Source: Deltaproteobacteria bacterium (GTDB lineage: Bacteria; Myxococcota_A; Polyangia; Fen-1088). Taken from it: a DNA stretch of 64,000 nucleotides. The first letter of the stretch is position 1, and each line of letters opens with the position of its first letter. Below the pieces are notes generated by a model. The model was not told the DNA's origin, searched no databases, and saw only the letters and a program-made list of their open reading frames with translations. The stretch lies in NCBI GenBank assembly GCA_033763315.1, contig JANRKS010000040.1, forward strand, positions 160,001 to 224,000, written 5' to 3'. Below, piece by piece: positions 1-9,877 of this stretch. The position numbers were made by a program, and so were the translations under genes.

Positions 1-1128
1 GTGATGACGGATAAGGCGACCGTGGAGATCCCGGCGCCCAAGCCCGGCAAGGTGCTGACGCGCCACTTTGCCGAAGGCGAGATCTGCCCCGTGGGCAAAG
101 TGCTGATCACGATCGATGACGGTGGCGCGCACGCCGCCCCCGAAGCGCAAGCGGCGCGCAAACGGCGAGCCAGTGCTCCGGCAACGGCTTCCAATGGCGT
201 GCCTGACACGCAGGCCTTGCCCACCACAGTCACATCGACCGGACCCGTGCTGGCCACGCCCGCCACGCGCAAACTCGCGCGCGAAATCGGCGTCAACATT
301 GGCCACGTCCAAGGCAGTGGCCCTGCGGGTCGCATCACCAACGAAGACGTACGCGCGGCCCACAGCGGCGGTCATTTGCCCAGCGCTCCCAAAGCCAACA
401 AACCGACGCCGCAAAAGGTGTCTGCCTCCGAAGGCGATGTGCGCATTCCGTTTCGGGGCTTGCGACGCAAGATTGCCGAACGCATGGCGCTTTCAAAACA
501 AAAGGCCGCGCACTTTACCTATGTAGAAGAGGTGGACGCCTCGGCCCTGGTGACTTTGCGTACGCGTGCCAACGCTCGCTTGGCGCCGCAGAAGCTTTCG
601 TTTTTGCCCTTCATCGTAAAGGCCACGGTCGAAGCGCTGAAACACTTCCCGCAGCTGAACGCCACGCTCGACGAAACCACGTCTGAAATCGTGCAACGCC
701 GCAGCTATCACATGGGCATCGCTTCGGCCACGGCCGAGGGCTTGGTGGTGCCCGTGGTGCACGACGCCGATAAGCGGTCACTGGTTGATCTGGGGCGCGA
801 AATTGATCGACTGGCGGCCGCCACGAAAGCGGGCAAGGCCACGCTGCAAGATCTCACGGGCTCAACCTTCACCATCACGAGCCTGGGTACGCTTGGCGGC
901 TTACACGCCACGCCGGTGATCAACTTCCCCGAGGTAGCGATCTTGGCCGTACACAAGATCGCGAAGCGCGCGGTGGTTGTGGACGACAAGATCGAGATCC
1001 GAGAGATGATGAACCTTTCAATCTCGGTGGATCACCGCTTGGTTGATGGCCACGAGGCGGCCGCGTTTGTGGCGATGATCAAGGATTCGCTGGAAACGCC
1101 TGGCTTGCTGTTTTTGGATTCAGTTTAG
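1..1128 (+). CDS. 2-oxoacid dehydrogenase E2 (dihydrolipoamide acyltransferase), 5'-truncated by window edge
   Basis: Lipoyl motif TDKATVEI at window start, E3-binding ATPATRKLARE...GSGPAGRI, catalytic DHRLVDG. Confidence 0.95.
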   Translation: MMTDKATVEIPAPKPGKVLTRHFAEGEICPVGKVLITIDDGGAHAAPEAQAARKRRASAPATASNGVPDTQALPTTVTSTGPVLATPATRKLAREIGVNIGHVQGSGPAGRITNEDVRAAHSGGHLPSAPKANKPTPQKVSASEGDVRIPFRGLRRKIAERMALSKQKAAHFTYVEEVDASALVTLRTRANARLAPQKLSFLPFIVKATVEALKHFPQLNATLDETTSEIVQRRSYHMGIASATAEGLVVPVVHDADKRSLVDLGREIDRLAAATKAGKATLQDLTGSTFTITSLGTLGGLHATPVINFPEVAILAVHKIAKRAVVVDDKIEIREMMNLSISVDHRLVDGHEAAAFVAMIKDSLETPGLLFLDSV

Positions 1129-1136
1129 GTTTCATC

Positions 1137-2384
1137 GTGTCTTTGCAAAGATCATCCAAGCCCACCACCGGCGCGTCAGCCCGCAAAGCCGCAACGCTGG
1201 TTGAGCGATCGAAATCCGGCCAAACGGAGTCCCACGAATCCGTGGAAGTTTGGACGGACGAGGCTTACGCGTTGGCCACGGGCATCATTCAGATCTTGGA
1301 TGAAAACGGCAAAGCTGATCCCGCGCGCGTGCCAGCCCTAAGCGCCGCCGAACACAAGCGGCTTTATGCGGGCATGCTGCAAAGCCGCTTGCTTGACGAT
1401 CGCTTGATGCCGTTGCAGCGCCAAGGGCGGATCGGCTTTTACATCGAGGCCCGCGGGCAAGAAGCGGGCATGATTGGCGGCGCCCACGCGATTGAGCCGC
1501 GTGATTACTTCATCTCCGGCTTGCGTGAAACGGCCGCGGGCATCTACCGCGGCATGCCCCTGCGCACGCACTTGGCGCAGATGTTCGGCAACATCAACGA
1601 CGTCACGTTGGGCCACCAGTTGCCGTGCCACTCTGGCACCCGCGCGTCTAACCACTTGGTGATGTCGTCATGCGTGTCCTCGCAGCTGCCACAGGCCGCG
1701 GGTGTGGCGTGGGCTGCCAAGCTTTCAAAGTCGGATCAGGTGGCGCTTGGTTACATGGGTGATGGCGGCACCAGTGCCGAGGATTTTCACGTGGCGATGA
1801 ATTTCGCCGCCGTGTTTAAGCTGCCCGTGGTGTTCGTGTGCCAGAACAACCAATGGGCCATTTCAACGCCGCTGTCTCAACAAACTGTGTCGGAAACAAT
1901 TGCCATCAAAGGTTTGGCCTATGGCATTCCGTCATACCGGGTGGATGGCAACGACGTGTTCGCCGTTTACAGCACCGTGAAAGCGGCCGTCGACCGGGCG
2001 CGTGCGGGTGGCGGCCCCTCATTCATCGAGAACCTGACGTATCGGATCGGCCCGCACAGCTCTTCTGACGATCCCACGCGCTACCGCGATCCGAAAGAGC
2101 CTGAACCGTGGCGCACCAAATGCCCCCTGCGCCGCTACAAGCTGTGGCTTGAGCGGGAAGGCATTTTGCCCGCCGAGCAAGAGGCAGCCTTGGCCGCGGC
2201 GCTCGAGCAAGAGATACGCGACGGCATCAGTGCGGAAGAATCAGCCCCGAAACCTGAGCGCTCGTCCGTCATCGCCGCCGTTTACGCCGAACCGAACTGG
2301 ATTTTGAAGGAGCAGCTCGCTGACCTTGAGCGCGTGCGGGCGCGCCGTGGCGGCGGGGGCAACGCGTCCGGTTCCCACGGTTAA
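1137..2384 (+). CDS. 2-oxoacid (branched-chain/pyruvate) dehydrogenase E1 alpha subunit
   Basis: LQRQGRIGFY, TPP motif GDGGTS...NNQWAIS, YRIGPHSSSDDP. Confidence 0.95.
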   Translation: MSLQRSSKPTTGASARKAATLVERSKSGQTESHESVEVWTDEAYALATGIIQILDENGKADPARVPALSAAEHKRLYAGMLQSRLLDDRLMPLQRQGRIGFYIEARGQEAGMIGGAHAIEPRDYFISGLRETAAGIYRGMPLRTHLAQMFGNINDVTLGHQLPCHSGTRASNHLVMSSCVSSQLPQAAGVAWAAKLSKSDQVALGYMGDGGTSAEDFHVAMNFAAVFKLPVVFVCQNNQWAISTPLSQQTVSETIAIKGLAYGIPSYRVDGNDVFAVYSTVKAAVDRARAGGGPSFIENLTYRIGPHSSSDDPTRYRDPKEPEPWRTKCPLRRYKLWLEREGILPAEQEAALAAALEQEIRDGISAEESAPKPERSSVIAAVYAEPNWILKEQLADLERVRARRGGGGNASGSHG

Positions 2385-2457
2385 CCTTCGCCGGGCTTGA
2401 GCCGCACAACCGGCCGCAAACGTTGGCCTAGCCACGGTTTTAGGCTATAAGCCGGCC

Positions 2458-3870
2458 GTGGCAGCCGAATCTGAAAATCTGAAAGTACACGCTCTCGTCA
2501 TTGGCGCCGGCCCCGGTGGGTACGTCGCAGGCATTCGTTTGGGGCAACTCAAACAAAAAGCCATGGTCATCGAGAAAGAGAAGGCCGGCGGCGTTTGTTT
2601 GAACGTGGGCTGCATTCCTTCGAAGGCTTTGATCAACGCCGCGAAGACCTTCGACAAGATGAAGCACGCCGATGAGATTGGCGTGTTTGCCGACAACATC
2701 CGCGTGGACATGGGCCGCATGCAAACGTGGAAAGATACGGTGGTATCGAAGCTCACGGGCGGCGTGAAAACGCTGTTGAAGGCCAACGGTTGCGACTTCA
2801 GGCTCGGCACCGCGCGCATCACCGGACCGAAAACCGTGGCCGTTGAGAGCTCTGAAGGCAACTACACAATCGAAGCTGAAAACATCATCATCGCCACAGG
2901 TTCACGCCCCGTGGAGATCCCAGGCTTTCAGTTCGATGGCAACCGCGTGGTGGATTCCACCGGCGCCCTGGCTTTCACTGAAGTACCCCCTCGCTTGGTG
3001 GTGATCGGTGGCGGCTACATCGGCATGGAGATCGGCACGCTCTACGCGAAGCTCGGCTCGAAGGTCACCGTTGTTGAAGCGTTGCCCCGGTTGCTGCCCG
3101 GCACCGACACAGAGCTGGCGCAGGTTGTGGTGAAGAAGCTGAAAAAGCTGGGCGTGGAAGCCATCACCAACGCCAAAGCCAAAGGCTGGGAAGAAAAGGG
3201 CGATCACGCCCTGGTGGCGATCGAAACGGCCGAAGGTGAAAAGACCATCGCGGCCGACAAGATCCTGGTGGCTGTGGGCCGACGCCCCAACACCGAAAAC
3301 CTAGGGCTTGAAACTGTGGGCGTAAAGGTGGAACGCGGCTTTGTGCCTGTGAACCAACGCCAGGAAACCAACGTTCCAGGCATCTATGCGATTGGCGACG
3401 TCGCGGGGCAACCCATGTTGGCGCACAAGGCTTCGAAGGAAGCCGAGGTGGCCGCAGAGGTGATCGCGGGCAAGAATGCCGCGATGGACGCGCGCGTGGT
3501 GCCTGCGGTGATCTTCACGGATCCCGAAGTGGCCGCCGCTGGTCTCACCGCAGAAGAAGCTGAACAAAAAGGCCGCAAGGTGCGCACGGGGAAATTTCCT
3601 TTCGTGGCGCTTGGCCGCGCCATCGCGAACGCGGACACCGATGGTTTCGTGAAGGTGGTATTGGACGCCGACACAAGCGAGATCTTGGGCATTCACGTGG
3701 TGGGCAACGGCGCCTCCGACGTGATTGGCGAAGCGGCGTTGGCGATCGAGATGGGGGCCATGGCCGATGATTTGGGCCTCACGATTCACGCGCATCCCAC
3801 ATTGCCCGAAGCCTTGATGGAAGCGGCCAAAGCCGCGCAAGGTGAAGCCATCCACGTTCAAAACCGATAA
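2458..3870 (+). CDS. lpdA: Dihydrolipoyl dehydrogenase (E3)
   Basis: GAGPGG FAD motif, redox disulfide GGVCLNVGCIPSK, C-terminal HAHPTLPE. Confidence 0.97.
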   Translation: MAAESENLKVHALVIGAGPGGYVAGIRLGQLKQKAMVIEKEKAGGVCLNVGCIPSKALINAAKTFDKMKHADEIGVFADNIRVDMGRMQTWKDTVVSKLTGGVKTLLKANGCDFRLGTARITGPKTVAVESSEGNYTIEAENIIIATGSRPVEIPGFQFDGNRVVDSTGALAFTEVPPRLVVIGGGYIGMEIGTLYAKLGSKVTVVEALPRLLPGTDTELAQVVVKKLKKLGVEAITNAKAKGWEEKGDHALVAIETAEGEKTIAADKILVAVGRRPNTENLGLETVGVKVERGFVPVNQRQETNVPGIYAIGDVAGQPMLAHKASKEAEVAAEVIAGKNAAMDARVVPAVIFTDPEVAAAGLTAEEAEQKGRKVRTGKFPFVALGRAIANADTDGFVKVVLDADTSEILGIHVVGNGASDVIGEAALAIEMGAMADDLGLTIHAHPTLPEALMEAAKAAQGEAIHVQNR

Positions 3871-3872
3871 TC

Positions 3873-4193
3873 GTGTGGTTCAAGGTTCTCGAGCCTGGCA
3901 CCCTTTCAGAAGGAGATGTGCGTTCCGTGCATTGTGCGGGACGCGCGCTCTGCGTTCTGAAGGCCAATGGGCAGTTTGCCGCGCTGGATGATGCATGCCC
4001 CCACCAAGGCGCGCCGCTTGGCGACGGCTGGGTGGAAGAAGGCTTGCTCATCTGCCCCCGCCACGCGTGGGCGTTTGATCCTTTCAAAGGTTCGCTTGCA
4101 GGCAGCGAGGTGCAAGAGATCACAACGTATCCCATCGAAGAGCGCGACGATGGCGTTTACGTGGCCGTGCCCGAGCCACGTAAGAAACCGTAA
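3873..4193 (+). CDS. Rieske [2Fe-2S] ferredoxin
   Basis: CPH...CPRH ligand pattern, 106 aa. Confidence 0.9.
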   Translation: MWFKVLEPGTLSEGDVRSVHCAGRALCVLKANGQFAALDDACPHQGAPLGDGWVEEGLLICPRHAWAFDPFKGSLAGSEVQEITTYPIEERDDGVYVAVPEPRKKP

Positions 4194-4361
4194 CGCGGGC
4201 ACCCCAGCGCGTCCCGTCCTCTCCGCCTATGAAGCGGCGCAATTTTACGAGCGAGGAAGCTGTTGCGAGGGAACACGTCGCCTTAATCGCCTAGACTCAT
4301 TCTGCTCACCAAGCTCGCCAACGAGCTGACCGATAAGGTCGCATGCGCAAGGGGTTCCAGG

Positions 4362-5306
4362 ATGTTCGGAAAACCGTCTGTATCTGCGTTCGCTGTTTTT
4401 TTTGCACTGGTGCACGCCACCAGCGGATGTGGCGCCGGGGATGCGGAGGCCGACGATGACGGCGGCGGGGCTGGTGGTTCGCAAGGCGGCGGTGGCGGAC
4501 AAGAAGACGAAGGCGGAAGTGGAGGCAACAACCAGCCCGGCGCCGGGGGGGCGGCGGGTGGGGCCAGCGGAGCGGGTGCCGTGGGGGGTGCGCCCGGCGG
4601 CCAAGGCGGCAGCGCCGCGGGTGCGGGAGGCAACACCCCCGGTGCCGGGGGGGCTTCCGGATCTAACCCATACGGCCTGCCAACAAACCGCCCGATTTTG
4701 ATCCAACCCCTTGGCGATTCCATCACCGAAGGCAAGGGCACCGATCAGGAGGCCACTTACCGACGACCCTTGTGGAAGAAGCTAAAAGACGCCCGTTACA
4801 ACGTGGACTTCGTCGGCTCGCGCAAGCTGCAACTGGGCGATGCGCCGCCGTTTTTCAAGGACTACGACCCTGATCACGAGGGTCATTACGGCTGGAAGTT
4901 GGCCGAAGTCATCAAGCCTGAAAACCTTGGGCAGTGGCTGAAGCTTTACACGCCCGACGTGGCACTGGTCCATTTGGGAACGAACGATTCGGCGGCCGGG
5001 GCGGCAACGCTGGTAACAAACACCGAAACGCTCGTGAAGCAGCTGCGCGCCGACAATCCAGCCATCGTGATTGTGCTCGCCCAGCTGATCCAACCCGGAC
5101 CCACGCAGCAGGGCTTCAACTCGATGTTGCCGGCTTTGGCACAAAAGCTGACCACGCCGATGTCGCCGATACTCGTGGTCAATCAGACGCAGGGATTCAC
5201 CACCGCTGATACGATTGATGGCATTCATCCCAACCCCAGCGGCCAAGAGAAGATGGCCACGAAGTGGTTCGCAAGCCTCATGACATTCTTGCCCACGCCG
5301 CAGTGA
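4362..5306 (+). CDS. SGNH/GDSL hydrolase lipoprotein with Gly-rich linker (possible carbohydrate esterase)
   Basis: Signal peptide ending TSGC, Gly-rich linker, GDSITEG, GTND, DGIHP blocks. Confidence 0.88.
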   Translation: MFGKPSVSAFAVFFALVHATSGCGAGDAEADDDGGGAGGSQGGGGGQEDEGGSGGNNQPGAGGAAGGASGAGAVGGAPGGQGGSAAGAGGNTPGAGGASGSNPYGLPTNRPILIQPLGDSITEGKGTDQEATYRRPLWKKLKDARYNVDFVGSRKLQLGDAPPFFKDYDPDHEGHYGWKLAEVIKPENLGQWLKLYTPDVALVHLGTNDSAAGAATLVTNTETLVKQLRADNPAIVIVLAQLIQPGPTQQGFNSMLPALAQKLTTPMSPILVVNQTQGFTTADTIDGIHPNPSGQEKMATKWFASLMTFLPTPQ

Positions 5307-5374
5307 TTTGGGCACGTGTGATCACCAACACGCCAGCGCCAAACCTTGCTCGGAGGCGCCACAAAGGTTAAACG

Positions 5375-7903
5375 TTGGCGATGTCTGCCCTTCGTCGCCT
5401 AATGTTGCAAGCGCTGGCCCTGGCACTGCCCGTTGTGCTTTGTGCACCCACGTTCGGTAAGCCTGCGCCGAATTACAAAGATCCGGCGTTGCCCGCCGAG
5501 GCGCGTGTGGAAGCGCTGCTCTCGCAGCTCACGCTTGATGAAAAGCTGGTGTTGATTTCCGGCAAGGGCTTTGAGACGCGCCCCATCCCACGTTTGGGCA
5601 TTCCCGAGATGGCCATGACCGATGGGCCCAACGGCGTGCGCTGGGGAAAAACCGCAACGGCCTTTCCCGTGGGCATCTCGGCCGCCGCGTCTTTCGATCC
5701 CGAAGCCGTGCAGCAGATGAGCCACGTCATTGCGCAAGAAGCTTTGGGCCGCGGGCGGGCTGTGTTGCTGGCGCCGTGTGTGAACATCAGCCGCGTGCCA
5801 CAAAACGGCCGCAACTATGAGTGTTTTGGCGAGGATCCGTTTTTGTCGGCCCGCACAGCCGTGGCCTACATCAATGGCGTTCAAAGTGCCGGCGCCATCG
5901 CCACCGTCAAACATTTCGCCTGCAACAACCAAGAGCATCGTCGACGCGAGATCGACGTCATCGTATCGAAACGTGCCTTGCACGAGATCTATTTCCCCGC
6001 GTTCGAGGCAGCGGTCAAAGAAGCCAACGTCTATGCCGTGATGGCCGCGTACAACAAAGTCAACGGCCTTTACTCAAGTGAGAACCCCTTCTTGATCGAT
6101 GAGATTTTGAAGAAGCGCTGGGGCTTTCGTGGCTTGGTGATGTCGGATTGGGATGCCGTGCAACACACCCTGCCCGCCGTGAGAACGGCTTTGGATCTCG
6201 AAATGCCGGAAGGCACCTTCACAGGTGAGGCGAAGCTTAAACCCCTGTTGAAATCAGGCGAGATCACAGAGGCACTGATCAACGAAAAGGTGCGGCGCAT
6301 CTTGTGGGTGATGTTTAAGTCGGGTGTATTCGACCACCCGCCGCAACTCAACGAACGCAACGTGGGCAAACCCGAGTACCGCACAGCCGCACTAGCGATG
6401 GCACGGGCGTCTTTGGTGCTGATGAAAAACGAGCGCAACGTGCTGCCCTTGCAGGCGGCGGCAAAGCTCAAGTCGGTGGCCGTGATCGGTCCGGGTGCCG
6501 TGTTCGCACGCTTGGGAGGTGGCGGCAGCGGTGAGGTCCGACCGCTTAGCGCCGTGCGCCCCTTAGATGCACTCACGAAGATGCTTCCTGGTGTGGAAGT
6601 GAAGTATGAAGCGGGCCTCAGCATGGAGGGCGACGTTGAGCCGATCGCCGCCGAGGCGTTCAGCCACCAAGAAGGCAAGGGTATGAAACCCGGTTTGAAG
6701 GCCGAGTACTTCAATAACAAAGAGGTGCAAGGGCAGCCCGTGTTTCAAGACGTGGCAGCGGTCGTCGATTATGACTGGGGCAACGATTCGCCGTCACCGA
6801 AGGTCACGCCCGATTTCTTCTCCGCGCGCTACACGGGCTTTATCACCGCGAAAACAGCGGGGCGTTATCGCTTCTTGGGCTCGGCCAACAATGGCTTTCG
6901 CGTGTTCATCGATGGCAAGCCGTTTTTGAATCTTTGGTCCGGCGAAGAATTCAAAAAGCCCACGGCTGAAATTGACCTTGATACGAACCCTCATGAGATC
7001 CGAATCGAATTTTTCGAGAACAAAGGGCAAGCGCGCGTGCTTTTAGGTTGGTCGCGCATTGAAGGCTCACTCAAGAACGCGGTTGATCTTGCCAAACGTT
7101 CGGACGCCGTGGTCGTGTTCGCCGGCTTCTCGGCGTTTTATGAAACGGAAGCGTCCGATCACGGCCTTGATTTGCCACAGAACCAGATCGATCTCATCAA
7201 AGCGGTGGCCAAGGCCAACAAACGCACCATCGTGGTGCTCAACACCGGATCGCCCGTTTTGATGGAATCCTGGGTGGCGGGTGTGCCCGGCCTGCTTTCA
7301 GCGTGGTACCCCGGCCAAGAAGGTGGCACGGCCATCGCCGAAGTGTTAACGGGCGCCGTTAACCCCTCGGGGCGCTTGCCATTCACTTTCCTTAAAGCGT
7401 GGAAAGACTCGCCCGCGTTTAAAACCTATCCGGAAGTCGGCAACACGGCTCCTTACGATGAAGGCGTGTTTGTTGGCTACCGGCACTACGACGCGAAGAA
7501 ACTGCCCGTGCGCTTTGCATTCGGCCACGGGTTGTCCTACACCAAGTTCATTTACAGCGACCTGCAGATCCAGCCCGTGCAGGGCGATGCCATTGGTTGG
7601 GAGGTTAGCTTTGCTGTAACGAACAAAGGCAAGCAAGCCGGCGCCGAGGTGGCCCAGATGTACATCGGCCAACCCAAGTCGCCCGTGCCCCGCCCTCCGC
7701 GGATCCTGCGTGGTTTTACAAAGCTGCCGTTGGCACCGGGCGAGAGCCGCCGCGTTTCCTTCAAGCTCGCAAGCCGCGATTTGTCCTATTTCGACGAAGC
7801 CAAGGACGATTGGGTGCTGCCTTCGGGCACCTATAAGGTCGAGGTGGGCGCCTCGTCTCGTGATCTACGTCTGTCAGGCACGTTGACTCACAAGGCGCGC
7901 TAA
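5375..7903 (+). CDS. GH3 beta-glucosidase with PA14 insert and C-terminal Fn3-like domain (start may be ATG 5381)
   Basis: TDGPNGVR, GRNYECFGEDP, KHFACN, nucleophile VMSDW, WYPGQEGG, FGHGLSYT. Confidence 0.95.
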   Translation: MAMSALRRLMLQALALALPVVLCAPTFGKPAPNYKDPALPAEARVEALLSQLTLDEKLVLISGKGFETRPIPRLGIPEMAMTDGPNGVRWGKTATAFPVGISAAASFDPEAVQQMSHVIAQEALGRGRAVLLAPCVNISRVPQNGRNYECFGEDPFLSARTAVAYINGVQSAGAIATVKHFACNNQEHRRREIDVIVSKRALHEIYFPAFEAAVKEANVYAVMAAYNKVNGLYSSENPFLIDEILKKRWGFRGLVMSDWDAVQHTLPAVRTALDLEMPEGTFTGEAKLKPLLKSGEITEALINEKVRRILWVMFKSGVFDHPPQLNERNVGKPEYRTAALAMARASLVLMKNERNVLPLQAAAKLKSVAVIGPGAVFARLGGGGSGEVRPLSAVRPLDALTKMLPGVEVKYEAGLSMEGDVEPIAAEAFSHQEGKGMKPGLKAEYFNNKEVQGQPVFQDVAAVVDYDWGNDSPSPKVTPDFFSARYTGFITAKTAGRYRFLGSANNGFRVFIDGKPFLNLWSGEEFKKPTAEIDLDTNPHEIRIEFFENKGQARVLLGWSRIEGSLKNAVDLAKRSDAVVVFAGFSAFYETEASDHGLDLPQNQIDLIKAVAKANKRTIVVLNTGSPVLMESWVAGVPGLLSAWYPGQEGGTAIAEVLTGAVNPSGRLPFTFLKAWKDSPAFKTYPEVGNTAPYDEGVFVGYRHYDAKKLPVRFAFGHGLSYTKFIYSDLQIQPVQGDAIGWEVSFAVTNKGKQAGAEVAQMYIGQPKSPVPRPPRILRGFTKLPLAPGESRRVSFKLASRDLSYFDEAKDDWVLPSGTYKVEVGASSRDLRLSGTLTHKAR

Positions 7904-7931
7904 AATTAAAGCCGCGGTATGATGCGGGCCG

Positions 7932-9875
7932 ATGGCCCTTTTCCAGAAGCCCGCACAAACACCGGAAGAGATCGAGCAGGGCAAGCCGCTTGCCATCACA
8001 CCCGACGAGGTGGAGAAGATGGATGAGGCCGCCTGGTACGCGCAAGTGTACCGTGGTGATGCCTTGCCTCAGCTCACATGGCGTGCGGTGCTGATGGGCA
8101 GCCTGCTGGGCTTTCTGCTGGCGTTCACCAACCTATACATTGGGCTCAAGACCGGTTGGGGATTGGGCGTTGCCATCACGGCCTGCATCTTGGCCTACAG
8201 CTTGTGGAATGGCTTGTTGCGTTTGCGCCTGGCGAAGACGCCCATGTCCATCCTGGAAACCAACTGCATGCAATCCACAGCGTCCGCCGCTGGGTATTCC
8301 ACGGGTTCAAGCATGGTGGCCGCGATCGCCGCGCTGTTGATCATGTCCGCCAGCGCCGAGCGGCCGGGGGGGCAGCATCTGCCGTGGCCAATCCTTTCAG
8401 CATGGACGTTCTTCTTGGCCATGTTGGGCGTGTGCATGGCGATCCCCATGAAGCGCGCCATGATCAATCGTGAACGTTTGCGTTTTCCTTCGGGTCTCGC
8501 TTCAGCCACCACGCTGCAATCGCTTTATAGCCACGGCGGCGATGCGGTCACCAAAGCGCGCGCGTTGTTTGCGGCCGCGTTCGTGGCTGCCACCACCCCG
8601 TTGTTGATGGATCTAAAGTTGGTGGGCCAAGGCAAAGATCGCCACCCGTGGCTGCCTGACTCGTCGCCAATCTTTGATCGCTGGCTGCCCGTGCTCGGTC
8701 GCAGCAAGGCGGGTGAAGCGCTCAAAGCCAGCGACTGGACGTTCGCCTTAGATCATAAGCTGGTCATGATCGCCGCTGGCGCGCTGGTGGGCCTGCGCGT
8801 GAGCATCGGCATGTTGATTGGTGCTTTGTTGCTCGCTTATTGGGTGGGCCCCGTGGCACTCGCCGCCGGTGCGATCGATTCACCCGGCGCCGCCTGGCGG
8901 GAAATCGGCATTTGGGTGGGCGCACCCATGATGGTCGCGGCCGGCCTGCTGTCGCTCGCGTTTCAATGGCGCTCGGTGCTTCGTACGTTCTCGCGTAAAA
9001 AAGCGGTGGCGCCAAGCGCCGTGCAGCCTCACGCGGAGGTCCCGCAAAGTTGGTTCGTGTGGGGTGTATTTATTTCGGGCGTGGCGATTGTTTGGCTGTC
9101 GCACCAATACTTCTTTGTGCCCTGGTATTTGGGCATCGTGGCCGTGGCCATGACCTATTTCCTTTCGTTGGTCGCGTGCCGCGTGACAGGCGAATCAGAC
9201 ATCACCCCCATCGGCGCCATGGGCAAACTCACGCAATTAACATACGGCGTGCTGATTCCTCAAAGCGCCACCGCCAATCTGATGACCGCCGGCGTAACGT
9301 CCAGCGCCGCCGCCTCCGCCGCTGATCTTCTCACCGATCTCAAATCGGGGTATCTGTTGGGTGCGGATCCACGACGGCAATTCTTGGCGCAGTTTTTCGG
9401 CGTTTTCTCGGGCACCATCGCCACGGTCGTCGGCTTTTACCTGTTGGTGCCAGACGCCACAGCGCTCACAGGCACGCCCGGCCACACGGCGGAGTTCCCC
9501 GCACCGGCGGCGCAATCGTGGCTGGCCGTGGCCCGCGTGTTTCAAGAAGGCATCGACACGCTTTCACCCACAGCACGCGCATGCATGTTCTACAGCCTGA
9601 TCGTGGGCGTGGTGTTGGCCCTCGTGGAAAAGTACGCGCCACCCAAGCTCACAAGGTTCATCCCTTCATCCACGGGGATAGGCCTCGGCTTCATCTTGCC
9701 TTTTCAATACCCGCTGTCGATGTTGATTGGCGCGATCATTGCGGCCGTGTGGCAGCGCCGCCACAAGGCCAGCGCCGAAAGATTGATCGTGCCGTTGTCA
9801 TCCGGCGTGGTCGCAGGCGAATCCATCATGGGTGTGTTGGTGGCGGCCGTGAATAACTTCTTCTTGGGGCGCTAG
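7932..9875 (+). CDS. OPT family oligopeptide transporter
   Basis: LTWRAV...YIGLKTG, LRFPSG, DLKSGYLLGA, SGVVAGES; many TM helices. Confidence 0.92.
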   Translation: MALFQKPAQTPEEIEQGKPLAITPDEVEKMDEAAWYAQVYRGDALPQLTWRAVLMGSLLGFLLAFTNLYIGLKTGWGLGVAITACILAYSLWNGLLRLRLAKTPMSILETNCMQSTASAAGYSTGSSMVAAIAALLIMSASAERPGGQHLPWPILSAWTFFLAMLGVCMAIPMKRAMINRERLRFPSGLASATTLQSLYSHGGDAVTKARALFAAAFVAATTPLLMDLKLVGQGKDRHPWLPDSSPIFDRWLPVLGRSKAGEALKASDWTFALDHKLVMIAAGALVGLRVSIGMLIGALLLAYWVGPVALAAGAIDSPGAAWREIGIWVGAPMMVAAGLLSLAFQWRSVLRTFSRKKAVAPSAVQPHAEVPQSWFVWGVFISGVAIVWLSHQYFFVPWYLGIVAVAMTYFLSLVACRVTGESDITPIGAMGKLTQLTYGVLIPQSATANLMTAGVTSSAAASAADLLTDLKSGYLLGADPRRQFLAQFFGVFSGTIATVVGFYLLVPDATALTGTPGHTAEFPAPAAQSWLAVARVFQEGIDTLSPTARACMFYSLIVGVVLALVEKYAPPKLTRFIPSSTGIGLGFILPFQYPLSMLIGAIIAAVWQRRHKASAERLIVPLSSGVVAGESIMGVLVAAVNNFFLGR

Positions 9876-9877
9876 GC

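Noticed and set aside
4245-4741. Pro-rich antisense ORFs here and at 30414-31184
   Set aside because: Mirror images of Gly-rich linkers on the coding strand; long shadow ORFs are expected at this GC content.
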